Below are positions 18,750-29,222 of a stretch of 64,000 nt of DNA, one piece after another. Source of the DNA: Alphaproteobacteria bacterium (GTDB lineage: Bacteria > Pseudomonadota > Alphaproteobacteria > UBA7887); contig CBDCGL010000011.1 in NCBI GenBank assembly GCA_965216755.1, positions 1,888,001 through 1,952,000 on the forward strand, read 5' to 3'. The stretch's first letter is position 1; each line of letters opens with the position of its first letter. The notes beneath the pieces were generated by a model. It was given only the letters and a program-made list of their open reading frames with translations, was not told the DNA's origin and ran no database searches. Made by a program: the position numbers and the translations under genes.

Positions 18750-19417
18750 CGGCGTCCTGCATCCCAACCCATTTGCCAAAATGCGGTCTCTAAGCGCGTC
18801 GCCTGTTCAAACATGGTGCGTAAACCCGGATAACGGTCTTGACCGCCGCGCCGCGCGGCCAATCGGTCTAGTGTTTCAATCGCACTCTGCGCAACGGCTT
18901 GATATTCGTCGCCCGCATACATCTTTACCCACGACGCATACATGTTCTCATCGTCGAGCGCACCTGGCCGCGTTGCCAATTCCCGACCAATTTCGGCATA
19001 TCCAATAACGCATGGTGCCAGCGCAACATGAAGCTCCAACAAGTCTCCGGCCATCCCGCAATCCAGCACATAGCGCGTGTAGGCGACCGTCTCCAGCGTC
19101 TCGCTGGCGCCGGCCAGATCGGTCTCGGTCAACCCCCAATCGGCGCAATAACGCACATGCAATTGCATTTCGACGTTGAGTATCGCATGCATGATCTCCG
19201 CTGCGGCGCGCATGTCTTCCAACCGTTCCGCCTTATAGCTCGCCAAGGCGTACGCGCGCGCAAACTGGATTAAGAACAGATAGTCTTGGACGAGGTAATG
19301 GCGAAATGCTGGCTCTGGCAGTGACCCATCCGCCAGTCCGTCAACAAAAACATGCCCAACATGTTTTCGCCACGTCGGCTCCACATCGGCACGCAATTTA
19401 TCAAACAACGTCGTCAC
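18746..19417 (-). CDS. tenA: Thiaminase II / TenA
   Basis: [54 protein letters not shown]. Confidence 0.93.
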   Translation of the reverse strand: MTTLFDKLRADVEPTWRKHVGHVFVDGLADGSLPEPAFRHYLVQDYLFLIQFARAYALASYKAERLEDMRAAAEIMHAILNVEMQLHVRYCADWGLTETDLAGASETLETVAYTRYVLDCGMAGDLLELHVALAPCVIGYAEIGRELATRPGALDDENMYASWVKMYAGDEYQAVAQSAIETLDRLAARRGGQDRYPGLRTMFEQATRLETAFWQMGWDAGRR

Positions 19418-20182
19418 GTTTGTACCTTGCTTGGCTCGTCGTTATTGATCTGATGATCATCTTGCTTGCTATTTTCTGATTCCGCCGCGGCAGCCACCTC
19501 TGCCGCTTCGCGTTCGTGCCGTTCTTGTATCTGAGCACGCAGTGATTGCAATGCCGGCAAAGCGAACTCGTCCCCCCATTCCGGCACAAAATGGCCCGCC
19601 TGTTGTAGGAACATGGCGTCAGCCCCGCCGCGGATCTGGCTGTGTCGTCGGCGCATCGCCGTGTGGCCGACCACCGAATCACGACCGCCAACCAATCACA
19701 CCATCCGGCAAAGGCCGGTCACCTGTCGCCAACCAGCAATTCATGATCAACAACCCGACATAGCGCGCGGGATCGTCCATGGGCAGTGTCAATCCTATGG
19801 TGCCGCCCCAGTCGTGCATCACAAGTACAATATTCTGTAAAGACAAATGGGTAACCAGCCCGTGCGCACACCCACGCAGAACGTCGAAACTGAACGCCGC
19901 CTCGTCGACCGGCTTGTCGGAGCGACCAAAGCCGGGCAGGTCCGGCGCCACCACTCGGCATCCCGCCGCAACCCACACCGGTATGACGCGCCGATACAGA
20001 TGACTCCAACTCGGATGGCCATGGAGACACAAGAGCGTCACGTCGGCATCGTGATCGCCTTCGTCCACATAGTGAATCCGGAGACTGGGAAGGCCCGGCA
20101 ATTCATCAACGTAATGCGGCGCATACGGGAAATCCTGCAATCCCTCGAAGCGCTCGTCTGGCGTACGCAGTATCTCTGTCAT
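19414..20182 (-). pseudogene. Haloalkane dehalogenase-like hydrolase, internally deleted and frameshifted
   Basis: N-terminal part LRTPDERF, HYVDEG, LHGHPSW, DLPGFGRSDKP, HDWGG stops at 19679; C-terminal part VGGRDSVVG...AGHFVPE lies in the +1 frame; cap region absent. Confidence 0.8.
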
Positions 20183-20354
20183 CAGCGGCAATCGAACCTT
20201 TCGGCGGATTTGTTCGCGTCAATCAACCTATTAGCATGCCGTCCTTGGAGTGTGAACGTGTGCCGATGGCCCAACCGCCAACGGCCGGCTTGACGCGCGC
20301 GGGCCGTTAGGCCTTGTTAGAGCCCCGTAGTCAGTGCCGTGCTGGGAGCCCACA

Positions 20355-21146
20355 ATGCGTGTCGAACAGATCTTTACCGAGAACGCCTATCGCAACTTCA
20401 ACTATCTCATCGCCTGCGACGAGACTGGTGAGGCCCTTGCCGTAGATCCGCTCGATCATCGTAAATGCCTGGCCGCGGCCAAAGCCCATGGCTGGGACAT
20501 CACATTGGTTCTCAACACCCACGAACATGGTGACCATACCGGCGGCAACAAGGCGATGATTGCCGCGACCGGCGCCAAGCTCCTCGCCCACGCCGGCGCG
20601 AAAGAAAAGATTCCGGGAATTGATCGTGGTCTTGTCGCGGACGATGCCATACGGATCGGCAGGACGGTGGAGCTGCAAGTGCTCGATACGCCGGGCCACA
20701 CAATGAGCCATGTGTGCGTTTTGGCGCACGCCGACGGTCCAGCGCTATTTTGCGGCGACACGCTCTTCAATGCCGGGGCCGGCAACTGCCATAATGGCGG
20801 CCATCCGGAAGAGCTTTTCGACACATTTGCCGAACAGTTGGCGCAGCTGCCAGACGATACCAAGATTTTTCCCGGACATGACTATATCGGCAACAATCTC
20901 GAATTTACGCTGGACCGCGAACCAGACAATCAGCGCGCGCGCGCGTTGCTCAAAGACGTCAAGGACCAAGACCCGCACTGCCCGCTCGTGACAACGATCG
21001 CGTTGGAAAAACAGGTCAACACGTTTTTCCGACTCAGCAACCCGGCGGTGATCGCCGCCCTTTGCGAAAGATTTCCGGATTTGCCGGACACGCCGACGCC
21101 GAAACAGGTCTTCCTGAAACTACGGGAGTTGCGTAACAGCTGGTAG
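20355..21146 (+). CDS. gloB: Hydroxyacylglutathione hydrolase (glyoxalase II)
   Basis: NTHEHGDHTGGN, TPGHT..H, FCGDTLF.AG.G, FPGHDY, EK..N.F. Confidence 0.85.
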   Translation: MRVEQIFTENAYRNFNYLIACDETGEALAVDPLDHRKCLAAAKAHGWDITLVLNTHEHGDHTGGNKAMIAATGAKLLAHAGAKEKIPGIDRGLVADDAIRIGRTVELQVLDTPGHTMSHVCVLAHADGPALFCGDTLFNAGAGNCHNGGHPEELFDTFAEQLAQLPDDTKIFPGHDYIGNNLEFTLDREPDNQRARALLKDVKDQDPHCPLVTTIALEKQVNTFFRLSNPAVIAALCERFPDLPDTPTPKQVFLKLRELRNSW

Positions 21147-21153
21147 GCGCGCG

Positions 21154-21486
21154 TCAACCCATCAGGGCGTTTCTGGCGTCGCTGGGCACGTGCACAATCA
21201 GTCCGTCAAGCGCTTCGCTCAACACGATTTGGCAGCCAAGCCGCGAGGTCTTGGTCAGGCCGTAAGCCAGATCAAGCATGTCTTCCTCGTCTTCGCTCGG
21301 CGCAACGAGGCGATCGAAGAATTCGTTTTCGACGATAATGTGGCATGTCGAACACGCCATGGATCCCTCGCAGGCACCCTCTAGATCGATGCCGTGGCGA
21401 TGCGCAACTTCTAAGACCGACCACCCGACCGGTGCCTCAACCTTCAGGCGGGAACCGTCTGGATTGACGAACGTTATCTTCGGCAT
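21154..21486 (-). CDS. fdx: 2Fe-2S ferredoxin (ISC/adrenodoxin type)
   Basis: [28 protein letters not shown]. Confidence 0.95.
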   Translation of the reverse strand: MPKITFVNPDGSRLKVEAPVGWSVLEVAHRHGIDLEGACEGSMACSTCHIIVENEFFDRLVAPSEDEEDMLDLAYGLTKTSRLGCQIVLSEALDGLIVHVPSDARNALMG

Positions 21487-21491
21487 GGGCC

Positions 21492-22721
21492 CTATGAACC
21501 TGAAAGGACTGCGTGGCTGGCCGTGTTGGATACCGCATCTGACCGAATTGTGTTAACCGCGCGAACGACACTTGCGATCACCGCGTCGACCTCTGCCTGC
21601 GTCGTGAAGCGCCCGACGCCAAACCGGATTGAACTGCGTGCGACAGCCTCGCCAACACCAGTCGCCTGCAACACGTAGGACGGCTCGACCGCCGCAGATG
21701 TGCACGCCGAACCAGTTGATACGGCAATTTCCGGCATCAATGTCATCAGATCCTCCGCATCGACACCGAGAAAACTTACGTTGAGATTGCCGGGCAATCG
21801 ATCTTCCATGTCTCCGTTGACTACCAGGTCCGGCAGTGCGTGCGACAGGCCATTCAGCAAACGATCACGTAACGCACGCAAACGGGACGATTCCTCGCCT
21901 AGGGCAGCGTCGGCTATCGCACAAGCTTGGCCCAAGCCGACGCACAGGGCCGGTGCGACCGTGCCGGATCGCAACGTTCGTTCTTGACCACCACCGCTCA
22001 TCTGCGCGGCAATGCGGGCGCGTGGACGGCGACGCACGAATAACGCGCCAACGCCCTTTGGGCCGTACATCTTGTGCGCTGATATGCTCAACAAATCGAT
22101 CTTCATCATGCCGACGTCCAGCGGTATCTTTCCGGCCGCTTGGGCACAGTCGCTATGAAATAGCACGCCCGCGGCGCGGCATAATGCCCCGATTTCCGCG
22201 ATCGGCTGGATCACACCGATCTCGTTGTGTGCGGCCATGATGGAAACCAAAACCGTCTCCGCCGTAAGCGCCGCGCCGACGGTCTTTGGTTTGACCAAAC
22301 CATTGCGCGCGACCGGCAAATAAGTGACCGCAAAGCCCTGTTGTTCCAGCCATCGGCAACTTTCCAAAACGCATTTGTGTTCGGTCTCGAGGGTTACAAT
22401 GTGGTTTTTCTTACCACGGTGAAACTGCGCCGCGCCCTTGATCGCCAAATTGTTTGCCTCGGTGGCACCCGAAGTGAACACGATTTCGCGTGGCTCCGCG
22501 CCAATCAGCGCGGCTACTTGACCTCGTGCACGCTCGACCGCGGCCGCCGCTTCGCGCCCATAGCTATGGCTTTGCGAGTGTGGATTGCCATAGCACTCGG
22601 TAAAGAATGGCATCATGGCTTCCAAAACCCGCGGATCGACAGCGGTGGTCGCCTGATTGTCCAAGTAAATGGGCTTGCGGGTCATGCCTGTGTGGACCGT
22701 TTTGCCGGTCGCTTCGTTCAT
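21492..22721 (-). CDS. iscS: Cysteine desulfurase IscS
   Basis: [49 protein letters not shown]; start may be 22685. Confidence 0.95.
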   Translation of the reverse strand: MNEATGKTVHTGMTRKPIYLDNQATTAVDPRVLEAMMPFFTECYGNPHSQSHSYGREAAAAVERARGQVAALIGAEPREIVFTSGATEANNLAIKGAAQFHRGKKNHIVTLETEHKCVLESCRWLEQQGFAVTYLPVARNGLVKPKTVGAALTAETVLVSIMAAHNEIGVIQPIAEIGALCRAAGVLFHSDCAQAAGKIPLDVGMMKIDLLSISAHKMYGPKGVGALFVRRRPRARIAAQMSGGGQERTLRSGTVAPALCVGLGQACAIADAALGEESSRLRALRDRLLNGLSHALPDLVVNGDMEDRLPGNLNVSFLGVDAEDLMTLMPEIAVSTGSACTSAAVEPSYVLQATGVGEAVARSSIRFGVGRFTTQAEVDAVIASVVRAVNTIRSDAVSNTASHAVLSGS

Positions 22722-22743
22722 GCGTCGACTTCCAACTAAATCC

Positions 22744-23862
22744 CTATGCTGCGCTTTGTCCGTGACGCGCGCGCGTTCGTCGATAGAGCGCCAACCATGC
22801 GGCGACAGCTCTATCTATATCGCTTTCGGTCGTCGTCCAACCAAGACTAAATCTTATCGCCCCACCAGCTTTCGCGTCATCGGCGCCCATGGCACGCAAG
22901 ACGTGACTTGGCGCGACAGTCCCAGAACTACAGGCAGCACCGGCACTGACCGCGATTTCACTGATGTCCATGGCCATGACCTGCACGTCCGCTCGCACGC
23001 CCGGCATACCCACACAGCTGGTATTTTCGATCCGGGCGGAGTCGGCCCCATATATCGTGGCATCCGGTGCCGCAGACCTGATGGCGTCCTCTAATTGTGC
23101 GCGCAGCTTCTCAACTATTTTCCACTGCCCAAATTGCTGTTGGGCCACTGTGGCGGCGACCCCAAACCCGATAATCCCTGCAACATTCTCGGTGCCCGCC
23201 CGGCGGCCGCGTTCTTGACCCCCGCCAAGTATGATCGGCTCGACATCCAATGTGTCGCGAATGACCAATGCACCAATGCCTTGTGGGCCGCCAAGCTTGT
23301 GCGCCGAGACCGTCACCATATCGGCACCGCTCTCGCGCAAATTGAACGGACGTCGACCAACCCATTGCACGGCGTCGCAATGATAGATCGCGCCAAATTC
23401 GTGTGCCGTGGCGGCAATCTCTGGCACCGGCTGGATAACCCCGGTTTCGTTGTTGGCCGCCATAACCGATACCAACGCCGGCATGCTCGACGACCGCAGC
23501 AGCGCGGCCAATGCGTCAAGCATCACGATGCCTTTGGAATCAACGGGTATGTGGGTAACACCTGTTCGCGCGGCCAGAATCGAGGGGTGTTCCACGGAAG
23601 ACGCGAGGACCGCGCGCGGCGTCCCATTGACGGCCATGGCGTTGGCCTCGGTGCCACCGCTGGTGAAGACCACCTGACGCGGATCCGCCTCGACAAGGGC
23701 GGCAATTGCGGCGCGCGCCCTCTCAACCCCCTGCCGTGCTTCGCGCCCAAATCGGTGAACCGAAGAAGGATTGCCCACCCGGGCCAGCGCCACGTTCATC
23801 GCTTCGCGAACTTCCGGCCTTAGCGGCGCGGTGGCGTTGTAATCCAAATAACCCTTTAACAC
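22744..23862 (-). CDS. Second cysteine desulfurase (NifS/IscS-like)
   Basis: YLDYNATAP, GNPSSVH, FTSGGTEAN, SAHKLGGPQG, SAGAACSSG. Confidence 0.93.
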   Translation of the reverse strand: MLKGYLDYNATAPLRPEVREAMNVALARVGNPSSVHRFGREARQGVERARAAIAALVEADPRQVVFTSGGTEANAMAVNGTPRAVLASSVEHPSILAARTGVTHIPVDSKGIVMLDALAALLRSSSMPALVSVMAANNETGVIQPVPEIAATAHEFGAIYHCDAVQWVGRRPFNLRESGADMVTVSAHKLGGPQGIGALVIRDTLDVEPIILGGGQERGRRAGTENVAGIIGFGVAATVAQQQFGQWKIVEKLRAQLEDAIRSAAPDATIYGADSARIENTSCVGMPGVRADVQVMAMDISEIAVSAGAACSSGTVAPSHVLRAMGADDAKAGGAIRFSLGWTTTESDIDRAVAAWLALYRRTRARHGQSAA

Positions 23863-23994
23863 GATGCTTCGGTCGCGCCGCCCATGGCAAGTTGCATCAG
23901 TGCCAGAACAAATCGGCCAAATCGAACCTCAACCGAGCAGACAAGATCAGCGCGATCCGAAATGGCCGCGCCGACCAGAGGCATGTGTCTCGTT

Positions 23995-24513
23995 CTAACG
24001 AAGACCGACAACAACCTCGTCCATTGGCGCACAGGGATTACACGGAGCGCTTGGTGAACAGGGACTCGAAGGCGTTCCCGCCAGTCGCGCCGCGCCATTG
24101 CCCAATCGGCGATGACACACATCATCCAGCGAAACTGAGCTCAAATAGTCCAGAATTTGATTGCCCAGCTCTTCCCACAGATCATGGGCCACACATCGTG
24201 ACCCGTCACTCATACATCCCCTATCGGTCTCCGGCGAACAACGCGGGACCCGCAATGGTTCATCGACGGCAACCACAATTTCGGAGATCTTTACGTCCAT
24301 CGCCGGCCTGGTCAGCATGTAACCCCCGCCCGGACCTCGTACGCTCTTTACCAGCCCCGCGCGCCGCATGCGGCTAAATAGTTGCTCCAAATATGACAAC
24401 GAAATTTCCTGTCGCGCGGCAATATCTGACAAAGCTGTCGGCCGGTCTGCCGCGTTCCGCGCCAAATCAACCATGGCCATGACTGCATAACGACCTTTGG
24501 TACTCAGTCGCAC
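23995..24513 (-). CDS. iscR: Rrf2-family Fe-S regulator IscR
   Basis: MRLSTKGRYAV, ISLSYLEQLF, SVRGPGGGY, C-x7-C-x6-C-x2-H. Confidence 0.92.
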   Translation of the reverse strand: MRLSTKGRYAVMAMVDLARNAADRPTALSDIAARQEISLSYLEQLFSRMRRAGLVKSVRGPGGGYMLTRPAMDVKISEIVVAVDEPLRVPRCSPETDRGCMSDGSRCVAHDLWEELGNQILDYLSSVSLDDVCHRRLGNGAARLAGTPSSPCSPSAPCNPCAPMDEVVVGLR

Positions 24514-24622
24514 AACCTCGATCTCCTCGACAATTGATCCCCTCGCCGTGCGTTGCTCACACGGCGTCTACCGTCGTATCCGCGCGTTTGCGACACCGCC
24601 CCGATGCACACGTGGCCACGGC

Positions 24623-25390
24623 TCAATCCGGCGGAAGGTGGGAGCTCAATCGGTCGCCCGAAATCTGACGCTCGCTACCTGACTCTATGCGCGTTGCCGG
24701 AAGCTGCGCCTCGTCTTGAACGGATTTCGATTCCAATTCCACGATCCGAGCCCGCAAACTACTGACTTCATCCAACAAACCGTCCAGCGCGCGCGCCACC
24801 GGATCCGGAATGTCGCCCGGTGTGCCGTACGCCATAAAACTCTGCTCTTTGGGCTGACTTCGTCGCTTGCCCACCTCTCGCCCAGGGACGCCGACGATCG
24901 TTGCGCATGGCGGTACGTCCTTGATGACCACCGCGTTCGAACCGATGCGTGCGCCGGCGCCGACAGTGATCGGGCCCAAGACCTTGGCGCCCGCGCCGAC
25001 GATGACACCGTCTTCCAAAGTTGGATGCCGTTTGACACCTCGGTCTAGGGATGTTCCGCCCAATGTAACGCCGTGATATATCGTCACTTCGTTCCCAATT
25101 TCGGCGGTTTCCCCAATCACGACACCCATGCCGTGGTCGATGAAAAAGCGATCACCGATGGTCGCACCTGGGTGGATCTCAATGCCCGTCAGCACGCGTC
25201 CCAAATGCGATACAAACCGACCCATGAGATACCATTTGTGACGCCAGAAAAAGCGCGCCAGTCGATAAAACAAAAGCGCATGCAAGCCGGGATAGCACAA
25301 CAATATCTCAATCCGAGAACGTGCTGCCGGGTCGCGCGCCACGATCGTGGCTATATCGTTCCTAAGTCTCTTGAAGGTCATCGGGGCCAT
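24623..25390 (-). CDS. cysE: Serine O-acetyltransferase
   Basis: [41 protein letters not shown]. Confidence 0.96.
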   Translation of the reverse strand: MAPMTFKRLRNDIATIVARDPAARSRIEILLCYPGLHALLFYRLARFFWRHKWYLMGRFVSHLGRVLTGIEIHPGATIGDRFFIDHGMGVVIGETAEIGNEVTIYHGVTLGGTSLDRGVKRHPTLEDGVIVGAGAKVLGPITVGAGARIGSNAVVIKDVPPCATIVGVPGREVGKRRSQPKEQSFMAYGTPGDIPDPVARALDGLLDEVSSLRARIVELESKSVQDEAQLPATRIESGSERQISGDRLSSHLPPD

Positions 25391-25477
25391 CGTGCTATCA
25401 TGGGTTTCGAAACCTCGCAGGAAGAACTAAGAACTAAGAATATTCCGTCAGTCGTCATCATCCCAGCTCGAATTCTA

Positions 25478-25503
25478 GATCTCTGACTATTTTAGTCAAC
25501 ATT
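25478..25503 (-). promoter_or_regulatory. IscR type-1-like operator upstream of cysE-iscR-iscS
   Basis: Minus strand ATGTTGACTAAAATAGTCAGAGAT resembles ATASYYGACTRwwwYAGTCRRSTAT. Confidence 0.65.
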
Positions 25504-25588
25504 ATTGCTCTCGGGTCGGGCGATGTGTCAAAGACATGTGCGGCCGTTGTCCGGAAACCAGTGTCAGAGTAGTGGGGTGGAAATTACC

Positions 25589-26230
25589 GTGCCAGAGGTA
25601 ATCTTTAACGGTCCCGAGGGCCGCCTGGAAGGGCGGTATCATCACAGCCCGAGCCCGAATGCGCCGATTGCGCTGGTGTTGCACCCACATCCGCAGCACG
25701 GCGGAAACATGAATAATAAGGTTGTCTACAACATCTTCCACACATTCACCCGTATGGGTTTTTCCGTATTGCGATTCAATTTTCGCGGTGTTGGTCGCAG
25801 CCAAGGTGTCTATGACAATGGCCAAGGCGAACTCAGCGATGCGGCTTCCGCGCTCGACTGGATGCAAACCTACAATGCCGACTCCCGTGCTTGCTGGATA
25901 AGCGGCTTTTCGTTCGGCGCATGGATCGCCTTTCAACTCTTGATGCGGCGCCCCGAAATAACGGGATTCGTAACGATCGCGCCGCCGGCGAACATGTTCG
26001 ATTTTTCGTTTTTGGCGCCCTGCCCCGTGTCCGGCATGGTGATTCACGGTGAAGACGACCGGCTCGTACCGGCCGCCTCGGTCGCCAAATTAGCCCATAA
26101 GCTATCGTCCCAAAAGGATGTCGAGATTGACTACCGCCGACTCGCCGGCGCCGACCACTTCTTTGAAGGCTATCTCGAAGAATTGCGGCGTCTGGTTGAG
26201 GAATACGTCGGCGCGCGCATGGTCGCCTAA
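25589..26230 (+). CDS. Alpha/beta hydrolase (conserved next to cysE/iscR in Alphaproteobacteria)
   Basis: GTG start MPEVIFNGPEGRLEGRY; HPHP..GG.M.N, RFNFRGVG, GFSFG, ADHFF. Confidence 0.9.
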   Translation: MPEVIFNGPEGRLEGRYHHSPSPNAPIALVLHPHPQHGGNMNNKVVYNIFHTFTRMGFSVLRFNFRGVGRSQGVYDNGQGELSDAASALDWMQTYNADSRACWISGFSFGAWIAFQLLMRRPEITGFVTIAPPANMFDFSFLAPCPVSGMVIHGEDDRLVPAASVAKLAHKLSSQKDVEIDYRRLAGADHFFEGYLEELRRLVEEYVGARMVA

Positions 26231-26241
26231 GGCGGCTAGTT

Positions 26242-27345
26242 TCACTGCCCAGATTTGTTGCGATGTTGGCGCGCGTAAAATCGCCGACCGCCTGTGGCAG
26301 GCGCTGTGACCCCGGTCGTCGCCGGTAAACTCAGGGGCAGGCCACGGGCACCGCGCACCGCCAAATAGGCAAATGCTTGTGCTTCAAGCGCGTCACCTTG
26401 CCAGCCGACTGCCTCGACTGGATCGACCGCCACCTGCAGAACGCTTCGAAGCGCCGCCATCATCGCCGAATTGTGACGGCCCCCACCGGTGACCAAGACC
26501 CGCCGCGGCGCCGCTGAAAAGAACAACATCGCACGCTTGACAGCGACCGCCGTGAATGCCGTCAGCGTCGCCGCACCGTCTTCCACGGATAAACCCTGCA
26601 ATACCGTCTTGGTCATTTCACTGAAATGGTCCCGATCCAGGGATTTCGGCGGCGGCAGCCTGAAAAATGCATCTTCGAGCAAGCGATCGACTCGGCTGCT
26701 GTCAACAGTGCCGGCGCGCGCCGCAGCGCCGTTTGTGTCGCGTGATTGCCCCGTACCAACGCGCATCCAGTCGTCCAGCAATGCATTGCCTGGACCTGTG
26801 TCGCAAGCCACGATCTGTCCGTCCTTTCCGACCCAGGTGGTGTTGGCAACGCCACCGATATTCAGAACGACAATCGGACCGGATAATTCGCGACACAATG
26901 CCTGATGAAACAAAGGCGCAAGCGGCGCGCCCTCGCCACCGGACGCCACATCCGCGCTGCGAAAATCGGCAATCACATCAATGCCAATCGTGTCCGCCAG
27001 ACGCTGGGCGTTGCCGATTTGTATTGTCACCCCACGTTCCGGCGCGTGCACAATCGTGTGCCCGTGGAATCCGACCAATTCAACATGCGCGTCGTTCGGT
27101 CCGGCTTCGGCCAACAATTTTTGGACGGCGGCGATATGCACATCTGTCACCGCGTTGGCTGCGGCTTCAAACTCGGTCTCGCGCCCCAGCGCCTCCCGAA
27201 TTGTGGTTTGGTCGGCGGCGCTGTACGGCATTGTCAAATGCGGACCGAACCCGCCGATGACTTCGCCGTCGGTGGTTAGGATTGCGCCGTCGACGCCATC
27301 CATTGACGTGCCGCTCATCAATCCAAGTGCTTTCACTGCCGCCAT
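26242..27345 (-). CDS. anmK: Anhydro-N-acetylmuramic acid kinase
   Basis: GLMSGTSMDGVD, GFHGHT, DFR..D...GGEGAPL, NIGGVAN, DTGPGN, PPKSLDR, EAQAFAYLA. Confidence 0.95.
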   Translation of the reverse strand: MAAVKALGLMSGTSMDGVDGAILTTDGEVIGGFGPHLTMPYSAADQTTIREALGRETEFEAAANAVTDVHIAAVQKLLAEAGPNDAHVELVGFHGHTIVHAPERGVTIQIGNAQRLADTIGIDVIADFRSADVASGGEGAPLAPLFHQALCRELSGPIVVLNIGGVANTTWVGKDGQIVACDTGPGNALLDDWMRVGTGQSRDTNGAAARAGTVDSSRVDRLLEDAFFRLPPPKSLDRDHFSEMTKTVLQGLSVEDGAATLTAFTAVAVKRAMLFFSAAPRRVLVTGGGRHNSAMMAALRSVLQVAVDPVEAVGWQGDALEAQAFAYLAVRGARGLPLSLPATTGVTAPATGGRRFYARQHRNKSGQ

Positions 27346-27492
27346 CTTCCCGTTCCAGTTACCAATATGCGCATCGATGATCCGCGCGACCATGCCACTG
27401 GGTCCGATCAGGCGCCATTGCCGCGTGCCGAGTGGTTGTGCTAAGTGGCATCTCCGAAGCGATCACGCCGCGATATAAGGCCCCGCATTTTC

Positions 27493-28746
27493 ATGACAAA
27501 TGCTGAATCCGAATTTCTCCGCACCGTCATCGAACGCGGCTATTTGCACCAATGCACCGACCTTGAGGGGCTGGATCGTGCACTGAACGCTGGCGTTGTC
27601 TCCGCATATATTGGTTTTGATTGCACGGCCGACAGTCTGCACGTCGGTAGCCTGCTTGTGATCATGCTTTTACGGCGACTGCAGCAATGCGGCCATAGAC
27701 CGATCGTGCTGATGGGTGGCGGTACGTCGCGTATCGGCGATCCGTCGGGTAAGGACACGGCACGTCAACTGCTCGGCGATGACCAAATTCGGCGCAATAT
27801 GGAAGGTATTCAGACCGTCTTCCAACGGTTCCTAGATTTCGGCAATGGCCCGACGGGCGCCATCATGGTCAACAACGCGGACTGGTTGGATCAGATCAAC
27901 TACATCGATTTTCTGCGCGACTACGGCCGTTACTTTTCGGTCAATCGCATGTTGTCGTTTGACTCCGTGAAAATTCGTATCGATCGCCAGCAGCCGCTGA
28001 CGTTTCTTGAGTTCAACTACATGGTTCTGCAGGCTTATGATTTTGTTGAATTGGCGCGCCGCGAGAATTGCCGACTGCAAATGGGTGGTTCAGATCAATG
28101 GGGAAACATTGTCAACGGTGTTGATCTGGCGCGACGCCTCGATAACCAGACCCTTTTTGGCCTGACCGCGCCGCTGATGACGACGGCGTCGGGCGCCAAG
28201 ATGGGCAAGACCGCGGAAGGCGCCGTTTGGCTCAACGAAGATCGTTTGTCCGCCTACGACTATTGGCAATACTGGCGCAATACCGAAGACGAAGATGTCG
28301 GCCGTTTTCTGCGGATGTTTACCGACCTGCCAATCGATGAAATCTCACGTCTGGAAGCGTTGCGCGGCGCCGAGATTAACGACGCCAAGAAAGTCTTGGC
28401 GGATGCGGCGACGACCATGTGCCGCGGCGACGCAGCGACACGGCAAGCGGCAGAAACTGCGCATCGGACCTTTGAGCAAGGCGGCCATGGCACAGCGCTG
28501 CCAGTTTTTGAGTTTCCGCGCGCAGATTTTGACGCAGGCATTCCCGTTTTTGACGCCATCCACAAGTCTGGATTATGCGCTTCGAAAGGCGAAGCGCGGC
28601 GATTGATCCGCGGTCGCGGTGCTCGGATCAACGATGCGGTGATCGAGTCCGAAGACCGACTTGTCGATGCAAGTGACTTGAACGCCGACGGCCTGGTCAA
28701 ACTGTCGGCCGGTCGCAAACGGCACGTCTTGATCCGGCCGGTGTGA
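27493..28746 (+). CDS. tyrS: Tyrosine--tRNA ligase
   Basis: [38 protein letters not shown]-terminal S4 domain. Confidence 0.98.
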   Translation: MTNAESEFLRTVIERGYLHQCTDLEGLDRALNAGVVSAYIGFDCTADSLHVGSLLVIMLLRRLQQCGHRPIVLMGGGTSRIGDPSGKDTARQLLGDDQIRRNMEGIQTVFQRFLDFGNGPTGAIMVNNADWLDQINYIDFLRDYGRYFSVNRMLSFDSVKIRIDRQQPLTFLEFNYMVLQAYDFVELARRENCRLQMGGSDQWGNIVNGVDLARRLDNQTLFGLTAPLMTTASGAKMGKTAEGAVWLNEDRLSAYDYWQYWRNTEDEDVGRFLRMFTDLPIDEISRLEALRGAEINDAKKVLADAATTMCRGDAATRQAAETAHRTFEQGGHGTALPVFEFPRADFDAGIPVFDAIHKSGLCASKGEARRLIRGRGARINDAVIESEDRLVDASDLNADGLVKLSAGRKRHVLIRPV

Positions 28747-28763
28747 GCGCGCCGAGGCAAGGT

Positions 28764-29192
28764 TTATTCGAACTGATCGGCCCGTAGCGCCTCGTTCAAC
28801 GTGACCCCTAAGCGGTCTTCGACAACAACGACCTCGCCCTGGGCGACACGCCGTTTGTTGACGTAGATGTCGACCGGATCGCCGACGGTTCGATCCAATT
28901 CCAAGACCGCGCCGCGGCCCATCTTAAGCAATTGTGAAACTTGAATCTGCGCCGATCCCAAGACACAGGAGATTTCGACCGGGACCTCGAACACGGCACT
29001 TGAATCATCGGGCACGACAGTCGCCGACTTGGACATATTGACCGTTTCGGGATGGCTGGTATCGCCCTCGCTTTCGGTCAGATTGCCTTGATCCGATCCG
29101 GCCTCAGTTGGAACCGATTCAGTGCCAACCTCGTCGTCCTGATCGGCACTCTCAGCGGCCGCCTCGGTCTGTTCTTGATCGTCGTCCGACAT
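28764..29192 (-). CDS. fliN: FliN/FliM C-terminal (SpoA) domain protein
   Basis: VPVEISCVLG, LLKMGRGAVLELDR.VGDPVDIYVN, GEVVVVEDRLGV; acidic N-terminus. Confidence 0.8.
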   Translation of the reverse strand: MSDDDQEQTEAAAESADQDDEVGTESVPTEAGSDQGNLTESEGDTSHPETVNMSKSATVVPDDSSAVFEVPVEISCVLGSAQIQVSQLLKMGRGAVLELDRTVGDPVDIYVNKRRVAQGEVVVVEDRLGVTLNEALRADQFE

Positions 29193-29222
29193 AGCGCTTC
29201 GCCCCTTTGACCAAACGTTCTC

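Noticed and set aside
21492-23862. Tandem cysteine desulfurases without iscU/hscAB
   Set aside because: This arrangement is common in Alphaproteobacteria
23856-23984. 42-codon ORF between iscR and the first desulfurase
   Set aside because: No motif or clear RBS; cannot be supported from the sequence alone
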